The notes below the pieces were generated by a model that searched no databases, had not been told where the DNA came from, and worked only from the letters and a program-made list of their open reading frames with translations. A stretch of 55,464 nucleotides of DNA. It comes from a virus. Taxonomy: Duplodnaviria; Caudoviricetes. The stretch covers positions 1 to 55,464 of the IMG/VR virus record IMGVR_UViG_3300029319_008445. The stretch is one strand, 5' to 3'. Positions 29,599 to 39,662 of this stretch are shown in pieces (the stretch's first letter is position 1; every line of letters begins with the position of its first letter). A program made the position numbers and the translations under genes.

Positions 29599-32500
29599 AT
29601 GTTTGTTTTTATACTCATATCAATACTAATTCTTTTCTTTCCAGCACTGGCCAGCGCAAAGAAAACCGTGCCAGCACCAGCAACTTCTCCAACAAACGCA
29701 GGGGGCACTAGTGGCAAAGGTTCGTCGACCTCTTCAACGAGCCCAGCTTCTACAGGCACTCCGAGTAAGAGCAAGCAAAGTATTTCGTTTATTCCAGGGT
29801 ATCCGCCTGCCACACCAGCTAAAACAAGCCCTGTTGGAGGCGCTCAAACCTCAAATGGGAAAGTTGGTCTTGGAAAGGGAGCAACATCAAGGGATTTAGA
29901 ATCTGTTATTGGCCAGCCCGGCCGCTCGTCAGCAGCCGACACCACACAACGTGCAACTGAGGCTACTGATTATGGTTACAGTTCTTCAGGGTTTAATCCT
30001 GATGCCATTGAATCCGCAACAGAAAGTTGTTTGCAACCGGATCCTGTAATAAGCGTAATTCCAGTTTGCACTCCTAAGCCAGATTCGATACCAATAGATT
30101 GGACGGTAAAGCCTTTAGAATATGGTTATTTGAATCCTGCAAATTGTGACTATTCTGTTGTTGTTGATAAAGCTTATCAAGATATTCTAATTCCAAACCC
30201 CTCAAGAGTTCATCAATTTGATGCTCTTGGTTCAGGTCAACAATATATCACAAGGCTTCGTGCTTATGTATCTTATGGTGTTGACAAGCTTATAGAATAT
30301 TACATGAAGGAGGTTACTACAGAACAACGGACACAGTTTATTGAAGCGAATATGGAAACTGCTGTATCTGCTCCTACTGCCCCTGCGTTGAAATATTACG
30401 TTGGACACCGGCCGGCCGCTAAATTAAAAATCTTAGTAACAATACCCTTTAGGGATTTCGATCCCCTGCCTAATATTAATTATGTGCCTCCACCTGACCG
30501 TCGACCTCTGGTGGTTACTTACGACGTTCGCTTGATTAAAACAAAGATTGATTTTGTAGCAAAAATCCTAAGAGAACACTACGAACGGCCGATTCGCTTA
30601 CCATGGGGCCCTCTTAAAAATTTAAGGATGAGGGACGAGGCAAGGAAATTATATAGATTTATCACGGCATTGCAAACCTTTCTTGATGAAAATAGGATGG
30701 ATATCAACCTGGGTCAAGTGTTGAATACAAGACAGGACAAGATCCAAATATTAATTGAAGAGGGGAGCTACAAGTTATTAGATATTCAATATATTTTTGG
30801 AAACGGAGCCACAAAGTATCTAAGGGTAGGTTGGCCTAAGCTTAGAGATAGTCAGACCCATAGGACTTTGGGATTGGTTTATTGGACTGGTGTTGAGATA
30901 TTTAACCTTTTCAATAACTATGCTAATCCAGATTTTAAAGAGTTTGTACAAAGGTATATTTATCCGATAAATATTAAGTGTGCGGAGTACGCCCAGGGTT
31001 CTTCCGGAAATATGTCCATTCAGGATAGTATTCAAGCTGGTCGTGGAATACCCGACACCCTTCTTCCTGACACCACAGTCGGCCGGCCCGATCAGGATCC
31101 TGCCGTTGAAGGAATTATTCGTGATGATCAAGGCAACATAACTAATATCATTGGGCCCCGATGGAGCACAGACGATCAGTCGGAAGGTGGTTCTATAATT
31201 AACCTTAGATCGGGCTCTCGAACTGGTGATGCTCTTTCTGGACTCGGTTCTGGAGTTTATGGGGGCGAGTCCGATTTTAATCAGAATATAACTAGGCAAG
31301 GTGGAGAGGCTTTAAGATCTGAAATACGCGCCCGCCGCTTAGAACGAGAGGCAAATGGGTTGGAAGAACTCGGTGTCGGAGCCGCCGTTGGCCCAGACGA
31401 CCCCAATAACCCTGTTAATCGTCTCCGTGCCGAGGCGGCCCGAGAACGAGAGAGTATGAGGTCACCAACGGTAGTTGGAACCATAGTGGAAACTATGGGA
31501 GCACTTCAACAGCATGGCTCCTCTTGTATGTTTGAAGGTATCGGTTCGAACATAGAAATATTTGGCATGTCTGTATCTGAGCTTAACCAAGAAATAGACA
31601 AGGGCATAGCAAAAGCTGCCGAAGTTATGGGTTGGGTTGAATATGGGACTAGTATTCTCAATGGCGATGAAGCCCTCATGCCTCTAATAGATAGAGGTAT
31701 AAAAACAGCTGCAGAGTTGGAAATTGAGAATTCAGAAATTCTTACTAGAACATTTCAAAACAATATAGCAGAAATGACGGAAGGTGTGGTGCATCTTACG
31801 GACACAACACCGTTTAATAGTGAAGCTATACTTGACAGTGTGACGGGAAACATTGATGACCTCTATGAGATGATTCTTAATCATGTTGATTTGAAATATA
31901 TTATAGGCAAGCTTATGCTTTGTTCTGGCCTAGAAATGCCGTTTATTGATCCTGCATTGTGGGAACTGCTGATGAAGCTTTTAGGAATTTTATTATACCT
32001 GGCCAACTTAGAAGCAGTAACAATTAACTTAAATTTTGATTTTTATGCGATTTTTCGTGACATAGGAGAAGCTCTTATTTCCTACTTGGTTAATTTCTTA
32101 ATCAGTTTGGTTAACTCACTCATCACCCAAGGAGTGGTGGTTCTTCTTGAAGAATTGGATAAGTTGTGCTCTGATGACTTCGACTATGGAAGAGTTGATT
32201 TAAGTTCTCTCATAAATAATAGTTTTGACACTCAACAGGAAGCACAAGATTTCTGGGGTAATATGGCCATTAATATTGGTGGAGATTCCGGGAATGCCTT
32301 AAAAGGTATGATTAGGGACATTTTTGCAATATTGTCCACTAGTGAAGTCTGCTCACTATTGCAAGGCACCGCCTCTCAAGAAACCTTGACAATTGTTCAT
32401 AACATGATTTTAACTGATAGGTATACCCTTTTCCATCAGAGGTTTCAAGTTTTGACCGATGTCTCTACTTTCTTTGCCTCGTTTGGGAGTCTCCTAGGGC

Positions 32501-35500
32501 CTTCAATTTGTGAGCTTGGGTCCCGTATTCCTGATGAAGTTTGTCAAAGTCCTTTTAATGAATCACTCCGTAGGAGACTGTTACAAAACAAGAAAGACAT
32601 AACTTCTGAGGAAATAGAACAACAAATTCAAGCCGAGAAGCAAAGAAGGGAAGATATCATTAGACAGGCTGTTGATATGGTTACTTCCTCTGGTGATGAT
32701 TTAACGAGTAAAATAAATGCAGCGCTAACTAGTTCTGAAATTGGAGATAGAGTTTCGCAAACCCCCTCTTCTACTAATGCTACGAAACAAACGGTAGAGA
32801 CAGTTTTTGGTGGAGTGTTGTTGCAAATTGGAGAAGAAGGTCTAGGTATTATAGACACTCCCTATACGACGGTGGAATATGCAAAGGGGGGCGTGTTAGC
32901 AAGAGAGACCTTTCCTTCTAATAGAGGGTTACTACATGTAATATCTGACTATGAGCAATATCATTTTTATAGGTATGGAATTGTTACAAGAGAAGACGGT
33001 GTTGGTATAGTAAATGTTCGAGAATCCAGGCTTGAAGATCCAAGATATCGGTCCCGGACGTTTTATGGTAATGGACTAACGGAGTTGTTGCACTGGTTTA
33101 ATGGGAATCCAAAAACAATGCCCTTTCAGGCAGAGACACCCACAATGAAGGGGTATATGTATTATACCAATGTCGATGATATCTTTACCTACAACATCAA
33201 TATGTATTCTAAAGTTGGAGGATATAGAAATCCAGTTCAAAATGTCATGGGCGATACTCTCGGCTTGGCAGAAAGAAACCTTAAGAAATATACCTCTTAC
33301 AGAGTATTTGGTGAATATTCCAATCTTGTTCCTGCATCCTGGAATATCCCGCAAGCGGAGAGTATGGACTTTCCTCAGATACAAACATTCTTTATAAAGA
33401 GGCAACCATATTTCGGATTCAATGGTATGCCTCCTGGTCCCGTGTTGAGAGCGTACATCCCCTACGAACGAGATATTCTTCGAGAACCACATGATAAGCG
33501 GATTGATTATTCTCCATATTTTTCCATAAACGTTTTTAATGATCCTCCACGTGTTATAACTGATGGAACATTGTTCAATGCTCCATGGTCTGGTGCCTCT
33601 CCGGATTTGATTGGGACGAGGCAAAATAAAGCATATGCTGATTTCATAGTGAACACTCTTAATGAGTATGACTATAAGAGAGTTTTGCCATTTTCTGCAG
33701 ACAACTTAAAGACAACTTATTCTAATTTTTTCAATGATGTAATGAGAATATTGTATAGATTTGTGACTGATTCTGAGTTTTATAATCCAGGATACGGAAA
33801 GCAAAGAATGCTTCCAAGGTTGAGAGCAATGTTGAGAGATCCCCAACAAATGACAGGGCTATTGGGGATTTCTAGTATCAAGCAAGTTGTACAAGAAAAT
33901 ATAGCAAATGTTATCACGAGGAATGAAGGGACTCCCGAGGCAGCTGCAGGAGTTTTGGAAGAATCTGCACTTAGATTTATGATAAGAATATATATATTTG
34001 AAATCTTTATGAAAAATATATACATGCTAACATCTATCCCAGAATGGCGTTCAACTGAGGGTCGGACGGTTTTTGAGAACCAGAACACTGCTGAGTTGAT
34101 AGGTTTTCTGCCTGGCTATGCAGACAACACCTCGCCGGCCGCTTTCTTTAAAAACATGCTGGACATAACTGATATGGCTGATCCAATAATGGTTTCTTAT
34201 ATAACTGAATATATTAAGTTTTCATCTGAGAGGGCTCCGGAATGTTCTGCGTTCTATGATGTTGCCTTGAAGCTCGCCACAGAGGAATTAGCAGCTGTCA
34301 CTGCTGAAAATCCTGATGATATTCTGTCAATTTTAACAGAGAACAATAGGGACGGCGACGATGTGTTAGCCTATTATCCGCCGAAACATGGCACAGAAGA
34401 TCAGGCAACAGCTGCGTTGAAATATTATGTTGCAAAAGAACTTAGACTGTTTTTAAATGATCTGCAAAATTTTATTGAATTGAGAAAATTAAATCCACAA
34501 AGTATTTCGGAGGCCACAATTAAGAGACCTCTAATGAAATCTTTCTTAGATAAGTTTGATATTGTTGGATATACTATTCCAAGCTCCACTCCGGGTGAAA
34601 TAAGGGATCCTTTAACGGGGAGAATTATGCAACCTGGTGACTATATTGATATGTTGGGAGAAGCAGGGTATACTTTTACTGCACCACCTTCTTTCTCAGA
34701 TTGGGAAGAGAGAGGCGAGGGCTTATACTTGGAATTCTATGTCAAGGCACCAGATCCCTCTCAACCAAAAGAGGTTAAAGTTTATCATTTCGATTCTTAT
34801 GTGTCTGGCGAGTTTAGTTCGACCACTGAGGATGGTGCCTCTGGCGGTTTCGATCACCCAGTCATCGACGAAGTTGCAATACCAATAACCAGGGTTTTAA
34901 GTAATACTGATAGGATTGGATTAAGGATGTGTGTTAGGGATTCTTATTATCATAAAAACTTTTCTGCGATGCCGAGATCTACTTTGTGGGCTGGCATGCT
35001 TAAGGAATATTTTGAAGTTGCTCAAACGCCAGGCTGGGCTCCTCGACAAGAGGCGCTTAGTGGTGATTTTCGCGACGTCGACGCACCCACATCAACAGCT
35101 AGGTATTCTGATTTGGAAGAATCTTGGACCTCTTCAAAAGGGTTTCCAATATTAGAGCAAACAATCTCCTGGGGTGATATGAAAAATTCTATGGGAATAA
35201 CTTCTAATGAAGCCTATAAATCAATAAGTGTTCAAAGAGAAATGGTTGACTTCATGAAAGATCGACTGGCTGCAACTGAGGACTTTAAAATTTTGTTTGA
35301 GTACACCTTTCCTATTAAAAAATTGTTTAATTACTTGTTTATAACTATGGATCAGAACGTCTCAGCTTTCATGACAAATTCTCCAATTAAGGGATTTGCA
35401 TACCCACAACTTCCGGAAGAATTGTCAAATCCAACAGGTGGAATAACTGGAGAGCCTCCAAAAGTCAGATTCAAGTATATAAACGACGCCGGCAATGAAA

Positions 35501-35898
35501 TAGTCAGCCCTGTTTTAACTTGGACTGGGATCCCTGGTTCAAGGTTAGATATTAACGGCAATGATCATGCCACAACAAAAAGCGATATTGAAGGATATAG
35601 AACCGGCCCCCTCGATGCTGAAAATCCTGATTTACGCCGAAGACCTCTTCTTTTCAATGATTTTGAGATAGTTGTACCCCGTGTTGTTGAACGAGAACCC
35701 GGCCAAGGAATATCAAGAAGATCTGTGTTGAACCCTTCAACCATTGATCCAGAACAGTTTAGGAAGGCAAAAGCTGCAGCCAGAGGTATATTACAAATAT
35801 TAAATAATTCTGCAAATGTGGCGTATGAAGATCCTTTAACGAAAAAAGCTGGTGGAATTGCTAATGAAACAATGAAGAAATTATTAAGAGATCTCTAA
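29599..35898 (+). CDS. Giant (2099 aa) tail-module protein with N-terminal signal peptide/TM and S/T/P-rich linker
   Basis: MFVFILISILILFFPALASA-KK, low-complexity N-terminus, internal hydrophobic helices near aa 790-850; lies between spike and gp25. Confidence 0.7.
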   Translation: MFVFILISILILFFPALASAKKTVPAPATSPTNAGGTSGKGSSTSSTSPASTGTPSKSKQSISFIPGYPPATPAKTSPVGGAQTSNGKVGLGKGATSRDLESVIGQPGRSSAADTTQRATEATDYGYSSSGFNPDAIESATESCLQPDPVISVIPVCTPKPDSIPIDWTVKPLEYGYLNPANCDYSVVVDKAYQDILIPNPSRVHQFDALGSGQQYITRLRAYVSYGVDKLIEYYMKEVTTEQRTQFIEANMETAVSAPTAPALKYYVGHRPAAKLKILVTIPFRDFDPLPNINYVPPPDRRPLVVTYDVRLIKTKIDFVAKILREHYERPIRLPWGPLKNLRMRDEARKLYRFITALQTFLDENRMDINLGQVLNTRQDKIQILIEEGSYKLLDIQYIFGNGATKYLRVGWPKLRDSQTHRTLGLVYWTGVEIFNLFNNYANPDFKEFVQRYIYPINIKCAEYAQGSSGNMSIQDSIQAGRGIPDTLLPDTTVGRPDQDPAVEGIIRDDQGNITNIIGPRWSTDDQSEGGSIINLRSGSRTGDALSGLGSGVYGGESDFNQNITRQGGEALRSEIRARRLEREANGLEELGVGAAVGPDDPNNPVNRLRAEAARERESMRSPTVVGTIVETMGALQQHGSSCMFEGIGSNIEIFGMSVSELNQEIDKGIAKAAEVMGWVEYGTSILNGDEALMPLIDRGIKTAAELEIENSEILTRTFQNNIAEMTEGVVHLTDTTPFNSEAILDSVTGNIDDLYEMILNHVDLKYIIGKLMLCSGLEMPFIDPALWELLMKLLGILLYLANLEAVTINLNFDFYAIFRDIGEALISYLVNFLISLVNSLITQGVVVLLEELDKLCSDDFDYGRVDLSSLINNSFDTQQEAQDFWGNMAINIGGDSGNALKGMIRDIFAILSTSEVCSLLQGTASQETLTIVHNMILTDRYTLFHQRFQVLTDVSTFFASFGSLLGPSICELGSRIPDEVCQSPFNESLRRRLLQNKKDITSEEIEQQIQAEKQRREDIIRQAVDMVTSSGDDLTSKINAALTSSEIGDRVSQTPSSTNATKQTVETVFGGVLLQIGEEGLGIIDTPYTTVEYAKGGVLARETFPSNRGLLHVISDYEQYHFYRYGIVTREDGVGIVNVRESRLEDPRYRSRTFYGNGLTELLHWFNGNPKTMPFQAETPTMKGYMYYTNVDDIFTYNINMYSKVGGYRNPVQNVMGDTLGLAERNLKKYTSYRVFGEYSNLVPASWNIPQAESMDFPQIQTFFIKRQPYFGFNGMPPGPVLRAYIPYERDILREPHDKRIDYSPYFSINVFNDPPRVITDGTLFNAPWSGASPDLIGTRQNKAYADFIVNTLNEYDYKRVLPFSADNLKTTYSNFFNDVMRILYRFVTDSEFYNPGYGKQRMLPRLRAMLRDPQQMTGLLGISSIKQVVQENIANVITRNEGTPEAAAGVLEESALRFMIRIYIFEIFMKNIYMLTSIPEWRSTEGRTVFENQNTAELIGFLPGYADNTSPAAFFKNMLDITDMADPIMVSYITEYIKFSSERAPECSAFYDVALKLATEELAAVTAENPDDILSILTENNRDGDDVLAYYPPKHGTEDQATAALKYYVAKELRLFLNDLQNFIELRKLNPQSISEATIKRPLMKSFLDKFDIVGYTIPSSTPGEIRDPLTGRIMQPGDYIDMLGEAGYTFTAPPSFSDWEERGEGLYLEFYVKAPDPSQPKEVKVYHFDSYVSGEFSSTTEDGASGGFDHPVIDEVAIPITRVLSNTDRIGLRMCVRDSYYHKNFSAMPRSTLWAGMLKEYFEVAQTPGWAPRQEALSGDFRDVDAPTSTARYSDLEESWTSSKGFPILEQTISWGDMKNSMGITSNEAYKSISVQREMVDFMKDRLAATEDFKILFEYTFPIKKLFNYLFITMDQNVSAFMTNSPIKGFAYPQLPEELSNPTGGITGEPPKVRFKYINDAGNEIVSPVLTWTGIPGSRLDINGNDHATTKSDIEGYRTGPLDAENPDLRRRPLLFNDFEIVVPRVVEREPGQGISRRSVLNPSTIDPEQFRKAKAAARGILQILNNSANVAYEDPLTKKAGGIANETMKKLLRDL

Positions 35899-35901
35899 TT
35901 A
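35895..35901 (+). promoter_or_regulatory. Candidate late-promoter motif CTAATTA
   Basis: 20 nt before the gp25 ATG (35922); overlaps the upstream stop. Confidence 0.35.
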
Positions 35902-35921
35902 TACAAAGGGGTTTGTACAGA

Positions 35922-36305
35922 ATGAACGGTTATTCACCAAAATTGCCTTTAACAAGAGATTCAGTAGATGGTTTTCGTCTAACAAAGAATCTCAAGGAAA
36001 TGGTTCAACAAAATTTTAAAATGTTGATCTTGACGTCTCCTGGTGAAAGGGTGATGGAACCCACTTTTGGTGTTGGGTTATATAACTATCTTTTTGAATT
36101 GGATACAGTGCTCGTAGAGTCAGAGATAAGGGATAGAATCGCACGACAGACAAACAAATACATGCCATTTGTCAATATATTATCAATAGATTTTGGAAAC
36201 CGCCCCCCGGGTGCTGAAATTGATAGAAGTTTTCTTAGTATCGTCATAAGATATAGAATACCTTCTTTACGAGAGGTTAATGTGTTGCGGATTAAATTAG
36301 ATTGA
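35922..36305 (+). CDS. Baseplate wedge subunit, gp25/GPW-like
   Basis: QNFKMLILTSPGERVMEPTFGVGL...LFE, YMPFV signature. Confidence 0.9.
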   Translation: MNGYSPKLPLTRDSVDGFRLTKNLKEMVQQNFKMLILTSPGERVMEPTFGVGLYNYLFELDTVLVESEIRDRIARQTNKYMPFVNILSIDFGNRPPGAEIDRSFLSIVIRYRIPSLREVNVLRIKLD

Positions 36306-36328
36306 ATGTCTGTCAAGGAACATAAGAA

Positions 36329-38125
36329 ATGACTAAAAAATTTAAAGATCCATCTATTAAATACACCAGTAGGGATTTCAATACCATTCGAGAAGATTTA
36401 ATCGAGCATGCTAAAAGGTATTACCCAGACACATTTAGGGATTTCAATGAGGCTTCCTTTGGTGCTTTGATGGTCGATGCAGTAGCTTATATTGGAGATA
36501 TGCTTTCGTTTTACTTAGATTATCAGGCAAATGAGTCATTTTTAACAACTGCAAATGAATATAACAATATTGTTAAACATGGAAAAGCTCTGGGTTACAA
36601 ACTCGAATCGACACCATCTTCTTATGGGATTGTAACATTGTATGTTAGAGTGCCGGCTGCAACATCCGGTCTCGGACTGGATTCAAGATACGTGCCCGTT
36701 TTAAAGTCTGGCACCATGTTTGGCACCGCGAGATCTGGTTTTATGTTAGTTAATGATGTTGATTTCGCCAATCCAGCGAACCAAACAGTGGTCGCTGCTG
36801 TTAATAAAACGACCGGTGCTCCAACAGAATATGCTATTAAAGCATATGGAGAGGTTGTTTCTGGTAGATATAACACTAGAACTATTGGAGTTGGTAATTT
36901 TGAAAGATTCAAGAGGGTCGATTTAAGGGAGCCAAACTTAACAGAGATTATATCAGTTATTGATTCTGAAGGTAATCGATATTATGAAGTAGACTATTTA
37001 TCTCAAAATACGATATATCGCTCCGTAGCCAACACCGGCGCTAATTCAAATACGGTACCGAACTTACTGAAACCTTTTGTCGCCATGCGTCGATTTGTTG
37101 TTGAAAGAGAGCAGGGCAGAAATTATTTACAATTTGGATATGGCTCTGAGGACAACTATTCAAATGAGGGGTTCTTAAAGCCTGAAAACATTATCATGAA
37201 ACGTCACGGTCGTGATTACATCAAAGAACAATCCTTTGATCCTGGTAAGATGATTAATAGTGACAAATTTGGCATTTCACCTTCAAATACCACCTTGACT
37301 GTAGCTTATCGAACAAATGATGCAACTACTGTCAATGCAGCAGTGGGCTCAATTACGGATGTGCGAAGCGCCATTTTTGGTTTCAAAGACACACATAGTT
37401 TAAACGCCGGCGTCAAGGGGACAATTATAAATTCTCTTGAAGTTACCAATGAACAGCCAATTGTTGGCGATGTAACTTATCCTTCTTCAGATGAAATCAA
37501 GAGAAGGATTTTTGATTCATTTACTTCGCAACACAGGGCAGTGACAGCGCAGGACTATAAAGCTTTAACATATATGATGCCTAGCAAATTTGGATCAATT
37601 AAACGATGTAACATTCTGCAAGATCCTGATGAGTTTAAGAGGAATTTAAACATCTATGTTGTATCTGAAAACCATGTTGGTAATTTAACCAAAACAAACA
37701 ATACTATTAAAAATAATTTAAAAAATTGGTTAAATCAGTATAGGATGGTTAATGATACAATTGACATCCTTGATGCTCAAATTATTAATATTGGCATTGA
37801 CTTCACAATCGTTGCTCAATTGGATTCTGACAAATTCACAGTTCTTCGCTTAGCAGAAGACACCTTAAGACAAGAATTTCGTTCTATTGGAGAAATATCA
37901 GAATCCATAAACTTATCAGATATATATCGACTGTTGAATCAAGTTGAAGGTGTATCTGACACGATTGATGTCACTATGGTTAGAAAAACATCGCCTTCCC
38001 ACTCCTCAGTGGATTTTAACGTTGAGCGTGCTTTATCTTTTGATGGAAGATATCTTATACCACCAGAAGATGCTGTTTTTGAGATTAGATATTTAGACAC
38101 AGACGTCAAGGGAACCGTAAGATAA
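36329..38125 (+). CDS. Baseplate wedge protein, T4 gp6 / baseplate J-like
   Basis: YTSRDFNTIREDL, DFNEASFG, AYIGDMLSFYLD, LGYK, LQFG, QHRAVTAQDY. Confidence 0.9.
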   Translation: MTKKFKDPSIKYTSRDFNTIREDLIEHAKRYYPDTFRDFNEASFGALMVDAVAYIGDMLSFYLDYQANESFLTTANEYNNIVKHGKALGYKLESTPSSYGIVTLYVRVPAATSGLGLDSRYVPVLKSGTMFGTARSGFMLVNDVDFANPANQTVVAAVNKTTGAPTEYAIKAYGEVVSGRYNTRTIGVGNFERFKRVDLREPNLTEIISVIDSEGNRYYEVDYLSQNTIYRSVANTGANSNTVPNLLKPFVAMRRFVVEREQGRNYLQFGYGSEDNYSNEGFLKPENIIMKRHGRDYIKEQSFDPGKMINSDKFGISPSNTTLTVAYRTNDATTVNAAVGSITDVRSAIFGFKDTHSLNAGVKGTIINSLEVTNEQPIVGDVTYPSSDEIKRRIFDSFTSQHRAVTAQDYKALTYMMPSKFGSIKRCNILQDPDEFKRNLNIYVVSENHVGNLTKTNNTIKNNLKNWLNQYRMVNDTIDILDAQIINIGIDFTIVAQLDSDKFTVLRLAEDTLRQEFRSIGEISESINLSDIYRLLNQVEGVSDTIDVTMVRKTSPSHSSVDFNVERALSFDGRYLIPPEDAVFEIRYLDTDVKGTVR

Positions 38126-39660
38126 TGGGAATCGCAAGATATAGCGCCAGCTTTGATACGACAATTACTAATGCCTACCGCATGAACATGACTACTCGTG
38201 CCACTGGTTCAAATATGGGACTAGCTGACACGCTTGAGGTGTTTTCGATTTATGGACAACAAGCTAGTGCTTCTTCGGAACTTGCAAGAATACTGATTCA
38301 GTTCCCCGTTTCTGGTTCGACTGGCTCTATTGGAGCGGACAGAGACGCTGGAAGGATCCCCAAGAGTGGGAGTGTGAGTTTCTTCCTGAGAATGTACAAT
38401 GCTGAACACTCTTTTACAGTACCAAAGAACTTTGCTCTAAATGTGTCAGCTTTGACAAAATCCTGGCAGGAAGGCTACGGCCTAGATATGGACGAGTATA
38501 CAGACCTCACCTATGATAATGAAGGTTCAAACTGGGTAAAAGCTTCAGAGGGCCAAGGTGATTCAACCAGCTGGGAATCTACCGGTGGTGACTTTGAAAG
38601 CAACACCTCTTGTTCTTTCAGTGCTTCTTTTGAGGATGGGACAGAAGATATAGAAGTTGATATCTCACCCCTTGTCGAACAATGGCTTAGTAGTGAAGGT
38701 AATGTTCTTACCAATAAATCAAACCATGGTGTTATAATCATGTTTCCTGCTGCAAGTGAAGCAGCTACAAGATCTTATTATACAAAGAAGTTCTTTGCTA
38801 GAAGTTCTGAGTTTGCTTTAAAGAGGCCAGTAATCGAGGCAAGATGGGATTCTTCAACCCGAGATGATACTGGAAACTTCTTTTTAAGTAGCTCGTTAGC
38901 CACCGGAACTGAGAATCTCAATACAATTTACTTATATAACAACATTCGTGGGCGACTGCGAAATATTCCTGTGATAGGCAATGGTCCGATTTTGGTTAGT
39001 ATATATTCAGGCTCGGTCCATAATGTACGCCCACATACTGGAAGTTCCTACACTCTTCCTGTGGGAGGCAATGTGGTAACTGACGGTGATTTTAATGTGA
39101 CAGGCGGCATTGTATCTACTGGGATTTACTCTGCATCTTTTGCATATACCGGATCGGCCACGACCATCTTTCCTGTTTGGCATAATATTTCTCTAGGTCA
39201 AGCGATCCCGGGCCGAGTCAATTTTCATACAGGTTCTGCAATAACAGTGAAAACATTTGACTCGGTAAATTATAACCCTCATCCAAGCTATGTGACGAAA
39301 ATAGTCAATCTAAAAGATACTTATTCGATTAGAGACAAAACAACTAGGTTTAAGCTCTATATTAGAGAAAAAGACTGGAATCCGAATATATACACAAAGG
39401 CAACAAGCGTAACACCCTCTGTTGTAATTGAAGATGCATATTATAGATTATATAGAACAACTGATGAGTTTGAAGTTGTGGCATATGGCACAGGATCTAC
39501 CAATCATACCAGACTTTCATACGACGCCTCGGGGAGTTATTTTGATTTTCCAATGGACATTTTAGAGTCTGGGTACATGTATGCTTTTAAATTTATTTAT
39601 AAGATGCCAGATGGAAATTATAGAGAGCAGCCAGAGGTTTTCAAATTCAGAGTTGATTAA
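38125..39660 (+). CDS. Virion structural protein (DNRLRE/CBM-like beta domain)
   Basis: ARILIQF, SWQEG, DISPLVEQW, KKFFARSSE...RPVIE pattern; S/T/G-rich. Confidence 0.6.
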   Translation: MGIARYSASFDTTITNAYRMNMTTRATGSNMGLADTLEVFSIYGQQASASSELARILIQFPVSGSTGSIGADRDAGRIPKSGSVSFFLRMYNAEHSFTVPKNFALNVSALTKSWQEGYGLDMDEYTDLTYDNEGSNWVKASEGQGDSTSWESTGGDFESNTSCSFSASFEDGTEDIEVDISPLVEQWLSSEGNVLTNKSNHGVIIMFPAASEAATRSYYTKKFFARSSEFALKRPVIEARWDSSTRDDTGNFFLSSSLATGTENLNTIYLYNNIRGRLRNIPVIGNGPILVSIYSGSVHNVRPHTGSSYTLPVGGNVVTDGDFNVTGGIVSTGIYSASFAYTGSATTIFPVWHNISLGQAIPGRVNFHTGSAITVKTFDSVNYNPHPSYVTKIVNLKDTYSIRDKTTRFKLYIREKDWNPNIYTKATSVTPSVVIEDAYYRLYRTTDEFEVVAYGTGSTNHTRLSYDASGSYFDFPMDILESGYMYAFKFIYKMPDGNYREQPEVFKFRVD

Positions 39661-39662
39661 TA

